DNA of 64,000 nucleotides from the human T2T-CHM13v2.0 reference genome, Homo sapiens. This document shows, piece after piece, positions 1 to 13,739 of this stretch. Both the position numbers and the translations under genes were made by a program. Numbering within the stretch: position 1 is the stretch's first letter; every line of letters starts with the position of its first letter. The notes beneath the pieces are model-generated. The model was not told the DNA's origin, made no database searches, and worked only from the letters and a program-made list of their open reading frames with translations. The DNA lies in the NCBI RefSeq assembly GCF_009914755.1, contig NC_060934.1; one strand, written 5' to 3'.

Positions 1-106
1 GGAGGCTGAGGCGGGAGGACTGCCTGAGCTGGGAGTTCAAGGCTGCAGTGAGCTATGCTCATGCCACCCCACTCTAGCCAACACAGCAAGACTGTCTCTA
101 AAAACA
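1..106 (+). mobile_element. Alu 3' part (AluJ-like), cut by the window edge
   Basis: ggaggctgaggcgggagga...gctgcagtgagctatg...gactgtctctaaaaa. Confidence 0.9.
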
Positions 107-162
107 ATGGCAACAAGAAAGTAGATACTTACACCCTTCACAAATAACCAATATATAGGTTC

Positions 163-210
163 TAATCCAAGTATGTATACTATAAATAATCCAAGTATGT
201 ATACTATAAA
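163..210. repeat. Perfect tandem duplication, 2 x 24 bp (taatccaagtatgtatactataaa)
   Basis: Units 163-186 and 187-210 are identical. Confidence 0.95.
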
Positions 211-612
211 GGTAAAATAATGTAAAAAATTTTATTAAACTAATTTATGATCTAAAAATATTAACTACTAATAACTTGGTCAGTGTGAGTTTCTTGTAAT
301 AAAAAGAACTGTTAGAAGATTAAAAATAAATTATACTGCTTCCGCCTTCATGGGAAATACAAATGTATGACACTCATTCTGTGGCTTTCGTCATTTTCTT
401 TTTCTTTTTTTTTTTTTGGTTTAATGACATAAAAAGACAATCTTCCCACAAAGCCTCTCTCTAAGTAGCAGATCCGTACTGGTGTGCCATGAAGTGTACA
501 CAAATGAATGAACGCAACAGCTAAGAAAAGCTGAGTTTAGTAGCTGCCTAAATTCTAATTCCCACTGCATTGTTTTGTAACTCAACGAAGTCCAAGAAAA
601 TAACCTTTTTTT

Positions 613-916
<304 letters not shown>

Positions 917-1693
917 AAGAAAATAACCTTTTTTTCCTTTTTTCCTGGATTTATAAAAGACTTAAATAATGAGCAAATCCAATGGAAAAGCTGCAATGCC
1001 TTTATCATAAACTAAATGACAGGAAAAGGTACATTTTAAATGTTTAGAACAGTGTTTAAAAGCAAAACTCCATCATTATGGACGAAAGCCCCTTGGACAC
1101 TGTTCTATGTCTCTCCACTGTCCCCTATGACCTAGTATCCCAAGCTGCCCCTGTGCTAGTCCCACAATGTGTAAGGGGGCCTCACTGGGCCTCATGACAT
1201 GGTTTGTGGTGACTGGTGGAGATAGGAAAGCATTAAGTGACCCAGGCTATGTTAACCAGCACTGACTTGTGCTTTAGAGGGAAAAGTGCCAAGACTGTAA
1301 TAGTGACTGAATATTTGTTTTTGAGATGCTCTGCTGGTTGACACAGAGTCCAGTACTCCCCTGGCCCCTCCCAAACTGGCTGGTGTGGGCAGGTCAGTCT
1401 TCATGGGCCATCCCAATACAGAATACAGGGGCCTGGGACCGGGGATTCCCAGCGGATGACAGCAGGTGCTTTCTTGTGTTTGGTGCCTAAATGAGAGGGC
1501 TGCTAAACTGGCATGCGTTTGCTTTAAACCAGATCATGTAACATGAGACACCTTCATGTCTGACTTCCCTAAGGTAGAGTATGCAGGTTTTTGCCTTGAT
1601 TGAAGATTTAAATAGATGGTTTAAAAAGCTCCTAAAACCCAACAGGGCTGATATTTATACAATGAGTCTGGCCTCTCCACTGACTGTTCTTAC

Positions 1694-1807
1694 CTCAACA
1701 TCCTTTTTTAGTTTTTCCAGGAAGACCTTCTTGCTGTTGTCATCAATATAAATCTTTTGGCCCTCATTAATGAAATCATTATCTTTCAGAGTTGGCAGTT
1801 CTTTGGC
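1694..1807 (-). CDS. PIP4K2A: PIP4K2A exon 7 (114 nt; [38 protein letters not shown])
   Basis: Acceptor tttgttttag|GCC, donor GAG|gtaaga; LKDND motif; codon 251 is AGC (Ser). Confidence 0.97.
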
Positions 1808-1973
1808 CTAAAACAAATGAGAAAAACAATGACAAAGGCGCTTGAAGAAAACCTAAAAAAACCACATACACCTTCCAACCCTGGACACTGAAGTTTGCCC
1901 CTTTCACCGCCCCCACCCCGTTCACCACCACAGGGGTCTTACCCAAACAATAAAATAGGAGAAGGCTTGAATA

Positions 1974-1987
1974 CCACCGGGGGGCGC
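1974..1987 (+). promoter_or_regulatory. Candidate CTCF site CCACCGGGGGGCGC
   Basis: 13/14 match to the core CCACCAGGGGGCGC; binding not shown. Confidence 0.6.
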
Positions 1988-4889
1988 CAGTGAGCCCCAA
2001 TCTCTGGAAGCATTCGCAAGAGCAGTGGGGTGGGGGTCAGACAGACTCCATATCATAAGGCTTTTTGTAACACATTTCATGTTTTTCAGAGGAATGAACC
2101 TGACTGCTTTCTTAGACTCACTTTCTTACAAGAAGTCTTCTAAGTATAAAATTTGTATTCTTGGAATACTTTCCCAGGAACCCTCAATTTTCTTACAACC
2201 CAACTCCATCCCTCCTCCCACTTTTGGGGAGCCGTTGCTGGGCTCACATTGCAAATAACATGTTATCTTGTCTCAGAACAGCTCTATCCATAATCATATC
2301 TACTTTCTGCACCAGGGAGACATGCAGCACGAGGTTAGCCATCTGCCCTTCCAAGCCTTCCTGTTCACCACTCCAAGAAGGAAATTCTCTTCTCATTTGG
2401 ACAATATCAAAGAAAAAAGGTCTTCTCTTAACATAAACGTATTAAGATCAGAGTTCTACCTTTTACAAATGAACGAGAGGGTGAGCTAATAAGTAAACTG
2501 CACTTATGGCAACCAACACAAAGCAATGAGCAACTATCAAAACATGGATCATGAGCAGAAAACACTGTAGCTTGTATTGCAGCAAACAGGATAATATAGG
2601 CATATAGTTTTAAAACAGTGTGGATTATTCTATTTAACTTTGTGCAACCTGCATTCAGTACGAGCTCAAAATAATCTCCCACCCCTTTCGGCTAACCATA
2701 GCTTGTTTATTTCAGCAGAAAGAAATCCAATGTCATGCACTGCCTTTGCCTGTATGTTGATGAACCTGGAATGGTCCTCTTTTCTGTAGGTGTGAACCAA
2801 ATGTAAACAAAATAATCCAAGGAAACAAGCTGCTGTCCTTCCTGGCTCCGGCACTGTTCCTCCTCCCTCCTTATTCAGAGCAATGAAAGAACACTCCCTG
2901 GGTCCATCGCCTGCATCTTTCACATGCTCGAACTGTTCACTTCCCCTCCTATTTATAAAGTATAGACATGCATGTAAACAGTCACATCTATTTACAGCAA
3001 CACATATGTACATAAATTATGCATTTCTAAATTAGTCGCTTTGGCTACTAACTTTGAGAAAATTTAAACAGTTTTGCAACTTTGAATTAGATATAACCAC
3101 AATCTTTATAAGCCAAACAGAATTAATCCTTACAAAGCAGGTACAGCAAGGCCCAGAAATGTCAAGATTCAATTCAATCAGCAGTTACTGAGTGAGTCAA
3201 GTAGAGAGATGCAAATATGAATAGGTCACAATTTCTGCTGTAAAGGAGTTTGTAATCTCGTACGGGAGAATGATATGAAAGCACGTAGGTAGAAAATAAA
3301 GCAGGATGGGATGTGTATGTAAGATGTAAAGATAAATACTAAGATTCTAGGAAAGACTGATCTAATTCCAAACACTTTTATGCTGAGTTATTGAGTCTTT
3401 AAGAAATGAGAATGCAACGCCATTCTTCACAAAATGTCAGGATGCGCCTGCTAGACTTACCCCCTAAATCTGTCATTAATAATTTTAAAATAATGCAATA
3501 CGTGCACCCCCCATTCCCACAAACCTTGAAATGTGAAGACAGCACAATATTAAAATGTTTGAGTTCATCACACTAGATTATAAGGTTTCTCTCCTATTAG
3601 AACTGTAAACATAATGAAGTTTCACCAAGAATGAAATGCAAGGTTCTGAAGTTTAACAAAACTCAGAGGGCAGTGAGAACATAAGCACTGCCCAAAACAG
3701 AAAATTGGAAGCACGTTAGAAAAAAGGGTTGAAGCCAGACCTACACACAAAAACAGGAGAGATGGAGAAGGATCGTAATTTTCCCAGCAGACACCTTGGG
3801 CATTTCTGTGTCATTATGTGTTGGCGATGGGAGGCGTGTGGGTGGGGGTGTTAAGGATATCTGCCTCAATTCCACAACCCATTTTATAAGTGTAAGAAAA
3901 GAAGGGTAGAGGGTGTTTTTTTCTGGTTTTGTATAAATGTGAGAAACCTGAAGGCAGAGATGACAGACCCCCGACAAGGCAGTAAATTACATGCTGGATG
4001 TGTGTTTGTAACACAAGTCACATTAATGAAGATGAATGCCACTTCAGGTTCACCCCAGCAGAATTACCTCATGTGACAGGGAAAGTATAATCCTACCTCA
4101 TAAAACTCTGGACACCATGTACTCTATGACTAAGCTGACTTGTGAATTTCACAGGCACTAGGGTCGTATTTAGATTGGATCAAGCTCAAAAAAGGGCACC
4201 CAGATTGGCTAAAAGACTTAAGGGCTTACTGAAAGGATCAAGAGGCGAAGGCGGATCCTGGCAGGGCAGCTGCCAGCATGGAATCTAACACTGGCCTACA
4301 GATATCAACCTCCCAAATGCTTGCTGCAAGACAGAGTGCTCAGGGGCACGAAGGTTTTGGGGTCATGAATCCTGAGGTTGCAATCCTGGTTCCACCCCTT
4401 GCTTGCCAGGGACCAGGGGCCAGGTTCCTGGACCTCTCCAGCCTGTTTCCATAGATGCAGAAAGGGGAAAACACGCAGCAGCCTTAGGTAACCTGCTTAG
4501 CACTTTGTGTGCGTCATTTTATTCACATCTATCATCTATCTTCAGTCTTTGCAACAACCTTAACTATTATTCACGTTTTACATTCAAGGAAACTGAGATC
4601 ATGCAATTTAACTAAGGTCTCAGAGTTTGGTGAGTGATGAGCTGAGATGGGAACCTTAATCATTCTGCTAAGGTAGAGTTGTGCTGGGAACTCAATCAGA
4701 AACCATGTGACAGATTCAAATAGTGGTGCTTATAATCCCCATCACCACCCCCATCGTCATCATCATCACTGTGAGCATTTAATAAAGCGCACAGACTTGA
4801 AATGGGTATTACAGGTTGAAAAACTTTTTTTTTTTTTTTTTTTTTTTTTACAAAAACTTAACTGTTCTTTTTAAATTAAGAACAAGATA

Positions 4890-5195
<306 letters not shown>

Positions 5196-6249
5196 CGAGA
5201 TGACAAAGGTTAAGTCACCTGACAATGATTCACTCTCAAGAAAATCTTACTACTTAGCTTTTTAAAAGAAATTTCAATATATCTCTCTGATAATGAGCAG
5301 TGCTTATATTAGAAACATCTTTTTTTTAAATGTGGAAAACTATACTATGATTTAATGAACTTAATAAACTCTTGGTGTAAAACTGCCTACAAAGATGACG
5401 TCTGCAGAGCAGCAGAAAATTAACTGTGGGCAGCGACAGCTTAATGTAGCAACAGATTCTACACTTTGCTTTTAAACACTGGATTATTTGCGCTTAGAGT
5501 TTTCCAAGCTTGTAGTCACTGGGTCTGGTTCTTTAATGAGTGTCTTTGATATCTTTTCTAGTTCAGTGCAGAAACAGCCAGAGGGTGGAAGAAACCCCCA
5601 GGGCTAACTAAAGACAGCTCAGAAATGCTTCTCAGCTGTGGACTCTCCGAGGCCGGCTTCCAGCCAGCGGTCAGCAACCTTTCTGAAGTGGCGGCGGGCC
5701 GAGTCTTTATTTGCGCTGAATTCAGCTCTGGCCAGTTTTGTGCAGATCAGAGCCTCTAAGTAAGGCGGGACGATTGCTGTACGACCCTCTGTACTTGCTG
5801 GGAGGGGACGAGGGTATGGGAGGGAACTGCTCTTCCCCACCCCGTCCTCCTCTGTGCGTCTAGTCCTGAGCTGGGATTCCTGCCCGGGTCGGGGGCCCCA
5901 GAGCTGCTCCAAGGCCCTGGCCAGCTGAGGCCCCGTGAGTAAATACAGCCCAACGCAGAGCCAGGCTAGCACAGGCAGGGCTGTTTTCTCTCTTGCATGA
6001 GGTAATCTGCTGCGGTGGGTTGGATTCCAAGTGGCATTCATCTCCGCTAATGTGACGTGTAAATGCACAAACACAGCCACAGGCATCAGCAGAGGGACGC
6101 CGTTCCCCCCGCAGCCTGGCTGTCCTGCTTCCCGTTCGGATAAAATGAGCCCTTCACTGTCATACGGAGTGATGCCCGACCCCAGGTCGACTAGGCATGG
6201 CTCAGCTTTCCACGTAGGAGACAAACTGAAGCCCATGGTTATGTGAACA

Positions 6250-6730
6250 CACTAGATCCAGGCTGCCTGGGTTGTAGCTCCGCAACTCCAATTATTAGCT
6301 ATGTGACTCTGGCAAGTTAAGTTACCTCTCTGTGACTTGGTTTCCCATCTTTAAAGGGGGATTTGCAAACATAGGGTTGTGAGGGTTGCATGAGTTCACA
6401 CATGTAAAAAGGCCTAAAATGGTGCCTGCCACACAGTGTGTTATATACAAACGTCGTTATATGCTAATCATGTTCTCAAGTATGGCTTATGGATCTAGGA
6501 AAAGCGCATCGCTGATCAATCCAGAGCAAGATTTTTCTTTTAAAAAATATACTGACATATTTAACATTTTAACACTAGCTGTGATGTTCTGGGCCAGTTG
6601 CTTAATCTGCCCAAACCTCAGTTTCCTTACTTATATAATGGGTAATTAATAATACTGTACCTATGTAATAGGGTTAGTGTGTAAATCAAATGACACAAAG
6701 CACATAGTGCCTGGCAATAGTAACTTGCTA
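6250..6730 (+). mobile_element. Two MIR fragments
   Basis: MIR core twice (tagctatgtgactctggcaagtta...tttcccatct; tagctgtgatgttctgggccagttgcttaat...ctcagtttcc). Confidence 0.75.
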
Positions 6731-6832
6731 TGTCTATTTCTTCTAAAATAGGGTCTTTAAACTTAGGATACCTTCTAGTTGATACCTGGATAATTAAAAA
6801 AAAAAAACAATTTATGATGTCGGTAATCTAAA

Positions 6833-7048
6833 CCTGGGGGTCCAATCTTTTAGCTTCCCTGGGCCACACTGGAAGAAGAATTGTCTTGGGCCACACATAG
6901 AATCAGTGAACACTAATGAGAGCTGATGAGCTTAAAAAAAAAAAAAATCACAAGAAAATCTCATCATGTTTTAAGAAAGTTTACGGATTTGTACTGGGCC
7001 ACATTCAAAGCCGTCCTGGGCCCCATGCAGCCCGTGAGCGACAAGCTT
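6833..7048 (+). mobile_element. MER30 (hAT-Charlie non-autonomous DNA transposon)
   Basis: gtccaatcttttagcttccctgggccacac...gagctgatgagct(A)n...ttcaaagccgtcctggg...gacaagctt. Confidence 0.88.
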
Positions 7049-10000
7049 TATTTAAACGATGTTTAAAATTTCCTTTGTTTTTAGGTTTTATCTGCTAGTT
7101 ACAAACATGTCACATGAATTCTCTACATACTGTCTTCAAATTTGGAAGACACTTTTGTCACTGCACACTGCACACAAACCTACCATACATGAGGGCAAAG
7201 TTAGTATTTCATTTCACTACACAGGACCCACGGGGAACACAGAGGGCACATGAGACAGGATGCATCGAAGGTGACATGGCCCGAGGCGCCAACCTCCCTG
7301 TCGTGGCGGCTCTAGTTCCCTACACTGCTTTGCAAACCTCAATTGTGAATGCTACCAGCTAGAAAAACCTCTGTGATCACCTGCAAAAGCTATTCCTAGT
7401 AGGAAACCTCACTGAAAAGACCTTTTGTTTAAACTGAAACCCAAATGAGAGTAAAATGTCCCTATCTTATCATAAAAATTGGACTGGTTAAATTCCTGAA
7501 GTAATAAAGAATTTGAAATTTATGATCTTTATTCAATATATGGAATAAAATGTAATGATTTTACGTATCTGGCCAAAGACAGAAATTTGCTGACTTCTGT
7601 CTTACCTTAATTTTCCATGGGTTAGTTTTTTCTCAGCACATTATAATAGTGGATAATTTAGTGAATGCTGTTTTGCTGACCTAAAGCAAAAATCCACAGA
7701 AGCTGAAATCTTAGTAGCCAGAAAATATAACCAAAATACTAGGGAATGGTGAACTCACTCCTAGGGAGCAGTGAACCCACTGGGAACATTTAACTTGCTA
7801 TGAGTTGTAAAAAGAAAATTTATTATAAACATTTGTGTATATATAATACATTTATTATAGACATTTCTCCCTCATTTTGCAAAGTTTTTGGCTTTTAAAG
7901 CACAGCATCACAGGCCTCAGCAAGTCTACTGTAAGTCAACAGTAAGAAACACACTGTGTGACAATACAGGTCATGGTCAAAAATAGTTTGTGTGTCATTA
8001 AGACACAACATGAATGTGCGAAGTGAGATGCACACTCAGCTGAGTCAGAGCCTGAAGATAACCAACACACGCGTAAGGCTTTCAGTGTATAAAAGCCTCT
8101 CAACGGAATTACTTACGCCCTAGGGTTCAATACAAGGTATCAATGATCTCTAAGGACAGATTTGGCCAGGGGGTTGGGATTAAAAAAGGGAAAACGTATC
8201 AGGACAGTTACAAAGTTCAGAGCCCTCATTTTTAGAATTTCTAAACACATGCCGCCTTTTAGCAGAGACCTGTGGTATAAAAATTACAGAATTCTATGAG
8301 AGCAAAGGAGATGCAGCACTGTTTGCTTCCCAGAACTGATAAAAAGGAGCTAAAAAGCAACACCTAAAAAATTCCTGCTTAATATTATTTAGTACTTTTA
8401 TGCTTAAAAATTCCAAATGACTAAGAACTTTTGCAGAATCTCTAAAACCAAAACCAAAACAATGTGTTTACCAAAAGAGTTAAATGCTTTGTTTGTTTGA
8501 AGTGGGAATTAACTCACGTGTATGTGTACATATGTGCTTATTTCATGAGGTTCTGTAATTTGATGCATAACTGCTGTCATTCATATGGAGTTGAGCAATA
8601 TTGGATATTCTAAGGTTTAGTAAAGCCAGAAGTTATATGAACATTTTATTTTAGTGAGATTTTAAAAAACTATCTTTCAGATGACACAAAATTTTTAAAA
8701 ATCACAAATTTCAAACTATAGTTTGAAACATTAAACAGAATTCAAACTAAAATATCATTGGATTTTTAATGATCATTCTAAACTTTAATTATACAACAAG
8801 AGCCAACAGTATGGGTAAATGGCCATTAATAACTGGAAATAGAAAATACATGAACCTAAAATGCACAGAGCCAAAATCTTTATAATATAGAGCCAAGTTT
8901 TTATTTTAGTCTGGATGGAAACTTTACTGGGAAGAAGAAATGCACCCAGTCACACTTGAGTGTCTAATGCAAACAGGATTTTGGCACTAGGTTTTAATGC
9001 AAAGGATAATACATATCATAGTACTCTGTGATTAAAGGACTTGTATTTCGGAATGAATTTTTTGTTTGATATGCTCATTTGGCAACCTATTTATTATTTT
9101 TTAAGTCTAATTGTAAGCCTCAATGTCAAAGACTGCTGCCGGGTGTCCTTTTGATACGCTGTCACTGTGACACTCAGAGCTGAATGCTCCACATAAAAAA
9201 TACGTAGTAATTATTGTTTTATGTTAGAACTGCTTGTGTTCCTGATTTACTTGTAATTCCAAGCTCACCCAAATGAAAATAAACTTGCAAAAAAGAATAA
9301 AACCCCTTTTGCCGTGCTTGCAAAAATCTTCATAAAAATCAGCATCTATGGAACTGAAAACATAATTCACAAGTATTTCTATAAGGGAAGGAATTTTAGG
9401 TAATCCTTATGTTGGAGCTAGGATAAAAATAATTTGATGGAGTAACATATTTGGTATCAATTCTGGGGTAATAAGAGATGCTGGAGATTTATAATAAAAT
9501 CAGTTCTGCTTCTTGGAACATCTAAGCCACAAATTTGATACATCAAAAGGCAAATTAGTGGATACGGATAAAGTTCATACAGAAGTAGCAAAGAAAAAGG
9601 GTGGTTTTGCACAAATAGTACATATGCCAACCTCCTTTAACTACATAAGCAGAATGTCTATACAAGTTCATGGTTTGAGAAATGATCTAAGAGGTCATTA
9701 ATAACTTCTAATTTTCACAGTGAAAACAGTGAGAATGTGCACATCTGTGACTAGCATCCAGATGTGAACATCTTATAATTTTTATTTTGAATCTGTTTAT
9801 GTATGAATGTGGAAAGAGAATATACCTCAACATACTTGTGAAACAGTGCTGTAAGTAAGCCGCGCAAAACTGGAGAAGCGTTAAGTTATAACTGTTAGGG
9901 CTGGCAAGACCTAGCTGTTGGCAATTTTCCCTCAAGCTAATACGTAAAAAGTAAAATTTATTCCTTTTTTAATACTGTCATATTTTATGACAACTCTATG

Positions 10001-12599
10001 TGGTAATGTCAAAGGTGACGGTTTGGTCTTCCTCCACAAACTGGGATATGACAGCTGAACTGCATACAAGACCTACAAAATAGGACCTACGGGATGGCTT
10101 CGTTCCAGTCGGAACAGAAGATTCTGGTGCGCAGATATCTATGGTGATAATCTAAGAAATGTCAAAGGCTGAACACTCAAGGAGTTTGCTAACTCCTCTA
10201 GATCTCTGGTTTAATACTACCATGTTAAAGATCATTATTTAATTAAGAATTACACATCTGTAGCAGCTTGGTTTAAATTCAGACCACATACTGAATTTTG
10301 GAAGTCTTCTCTCCACCCCAACTTTTTCTAGAACCAACTACGAGTTGTTAGCGTGAAAACATTCCCATACCTAACAGCAGTGCTCCACGTGTGCTTGGGA
10401 TACTCTGAGTTGATTTCATTCCAGTGAGATAAAAATTAATCTGAGGCAAATGAGAGCTGATGAAGCACCATAAGCCATAAGTCATAAAGCCTTGAGGATT
10501 TTAATGCTGTCATCTGAGTGAAAATCTGGAAAGTGCTCACAAGAGTCACTGCATGTGATCCTCTCTTTTTGTCACGTGCCATGCTTACCAGTTACGAGAT
10601 ATTCTAAATGAAGCTTTAAAACTTCATTTCCAGAATACCCCTCATGGTTTATGGGGTTCTTATCTATATTTGCTGAACAGAACATTTTTTTCCCCATCAA
10701 TCATAGCAATCACCTTAATCTATATCTGGAATAGAGAAGATTTTAGTGATGGTCAGGCCAGGACTTCTCCAAGTGGGGCCGACTGCTGAACCACATCTCT
10801 GGAGGAAGGTCCAGGAAAGCTTCATTTGAAACAAGAGATTCTCACCAACACTACAGCATGAGGAGCAATGACGCAAGCAAATCCTTTAATTTTACAAACG
10901 AGGACAAAGTCAGATGACCTATACTCAAACCCCATTAATGCAGCCCTGTGCCCCCAGGGCTGGGACTCAGATCCCCTAACCCTCTGTTTCGAGTCCTTCA
11001 CCCAAATCTCCCTTTTATAAAATGTCTCTGGTCCAGAAGGTAGATGTTACTGGTGCCACCTTTAAGGTCTGAGAAAGAAGCCCTGCTTCTGCCCTAGTGG
11101 GAAACTTTCCCCTGCACTTTGGGTAGTAGGATTGGTGTCCCTAACTAACACTGGCTGGCAAAGGGAAATGATTCCCTTCTATCTCGGAAGAAAAGGAATT
11201 TTACAGAAGGCGGTTAAAGCATTAGCTGAATTGAGGGCCTAAAAAGCTTGACAACCCCCCTTTAACCGATGATCCGCCCACAGTGGAAAAAGAGGCACTT
11301 CTTAGCTGAGCGGCAAATAAAGATTTCCAGAAGGATACGCTGCTGTGCTTTTGTGTCACGTTTGGGGAGCCCGCCGCCCTGGCCACCTCACTTCAATGGC
11401 AGCCCAGATGACCAGATAGGGGTAGTAATTAATTATAATTTGTTACAATTTAAAGACCACAAAAGAAATGCTGAAAACTGGTTTCGAAAAGCATTTTTAG
11501 ACGTAAGGGTATTAATGATTAATCCTCTCGAACCCTCAGTTGGTAATAGGTAAAACGTCGGAGACGGTGACAGTCACTTAATTGCTGGTGCAATTCACAG
11601 TGCCTGAGAATCGACAAGGCGGCTTTTTGTAGCCCATTATCAAAGTGTCAACAATGATTATTGCCAATACAGTTACACAAATGCCAATTGCAGGGCAGCT
11701 GTTTTCTTTCAAATGGGTTTCAGGAAGAAGGCTGTATGTTAAAAGGGATCTTCTTATTGTGACCCTATGGCTCCATTACACATACTTTACTTTACCTAAT
11801 AAAATCAGACATGAGTTTTGAGAAGAACTGTGCAGGATGATGAACAAAATGCATATTTGTGTAAATCCCCAGGACTCTCTCTCTCAAGAACATGGGCTTT
11901 TTAAAGAGTCAGGTCAAATCCCCCAGAAATCAAGTGAGTCCAGTTATGTTTTCTTTTACTTCCCCAGGTCCCCTGCTGAGTCGCTCGCTAGCAGGCAGCA
12001 TGCTAAGACTGTCATTTGTAAAAAGCAGCCCGCTCAGCTATAATTACTAATTTGATGTCACACTGGAATTGCAGCGCAGCTGTGAAAAGATCGACCACCA
12101 GGGAGGTTCACATTTCTCTGTCTCATTTAGAGGAGGCGAAACTGCTGGAGCCATGAATGGGAGATGCCCTTCCATTAAAAAGGAAAGAATTAAAGAATAA
12201 AACAAGTCATAGCAGCTGTCAGAATTTGACAATGGTTATTTTTTTTTAAAGCACTGTTCTGCTCTTAAAAAAAACCTCAAGACATCTGTACATGCATGTT
12301 CTGAGACTTGTTGCCATGAAAGTGATTCCATTGTTAGAATATAACTTATTTCCTTCAGTTCCATCTTCATGATTATGCTAATGCAAATCACACTAATTAC
12401 ATGTCAAGCTACAATCTAAGAAATGGGACTTGTCTGCACCTATAACGCTAAATATTTGAAATGACAGTTTCAAACTTGTCATCAACAAGTTAAAAGTATG
12501 GAAAACTAGAAGTTATAATGACTCATATGAAAGAAAACCTGGGAAGAATAAGAATTGAGATTACTAATTAAACTATGTCACCAGAGATTCTCTATGCAG

Positions 12600-12899
12600 T
12601 TTTTTTTTTTTTTTTTTTTTTTTTTCTGAGACAGGGTCTTGTTCTGTCACTGAGGCTGGAATGCAGTGGTGTGATCACGGCTCACTGCAGCATCGACATC
12701 CTGAGTTTAAGCAATCCTCCCATGTAGCTGGGGCCACAAGTGTGCACCACCATGCCCAGCTAATTTTTTGAATTGTTTGTAGAGTTGGGGGTCTCGCTAT
12801 GTTTCCCAGGGTGGTCTTGAACTCCCGAGCTCAGGCTATCCTGTAGCCTCAGCCTCCCTAAAGTGCTGGGATTACAGGCGTGAGCCACCATGCCCAGCC
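12600..12899 (-). mobile_element. AluJ-like
   Basis: Poly-T followed by reverse-complement Alu. Confidence 0.9.
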
Positions 12900-13062
12900 C
12901 TCTAGAAAGATTGTTCTTTGTACCATAACGATCATTTGGAAAGGAATATAGTTATATATAATAGCAATGAATATAATATTCTTGCAAATCATTTCATTTA
13001 TAAAAGGCTAAAATGTAGTAAGTGTTTTTAGCCTTCCCCAAATATTTCAAACCAGAGGTACC

Positions 13063-13108
13063 AGTAGATTGTTTTGATAGCATTTAGTAGACTGTTTTGA
13101 TAGCATTT
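13063..13108. repeat. Tandem duplication, 2 x 23 bp (one mismatch)
   Basis: agtagattgttttgatagcattt / agtagactgttttgatagcattt. Confidence 0.9.
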
Positions 13109-13300
13109 TCCCCCCCGATGTCTGATCATAAAAAGGAGTATTTATGATTTGTGAACACAATGAATGGTAGGCTTTTTGGAAGAGTCAAAAATCCTAACTG
13201 ATCATGGAAAGAAAACCCAAAGGATGGCAGAAAAGGGAAAGCAAAGACTTTTTTTAAAAGTTAAAAAAACAAACAAACAATGTTTTTAAGAGTTCGGCTT

Positions 13301-13638
<338 letters not shown>

Positions 13639-13739
13639 TTAACAAACGTTTCTAGAGTCTACAAAACACTGCTGTATCAGAGAGAGAAGGCATGGCATGA
13701 TCTCTACCGAGCCATGAATGACGACTTTCCCCTGGGTTC

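Noticed and set aside
3170-3225. AP-1 (TGAGTCA) next to an octamer (ATGCAAAT)
   Set aside because: Lies in what looks like a decayed L2 end; two short motifs alone are too weak.
5619-6236. 205-aa minus-strand ORF
   Set aside because: No recognisable domain, and high GC explains the lack of stops; treated as regulatory-like DNA instead.
8117-8149. Possible 33-nt cryptic minus-strand exon (ccttag ... GGC|gtaagt)
   Set aside because: In-frame TAG and no other support; shows how easily such site pairs arise by chance.
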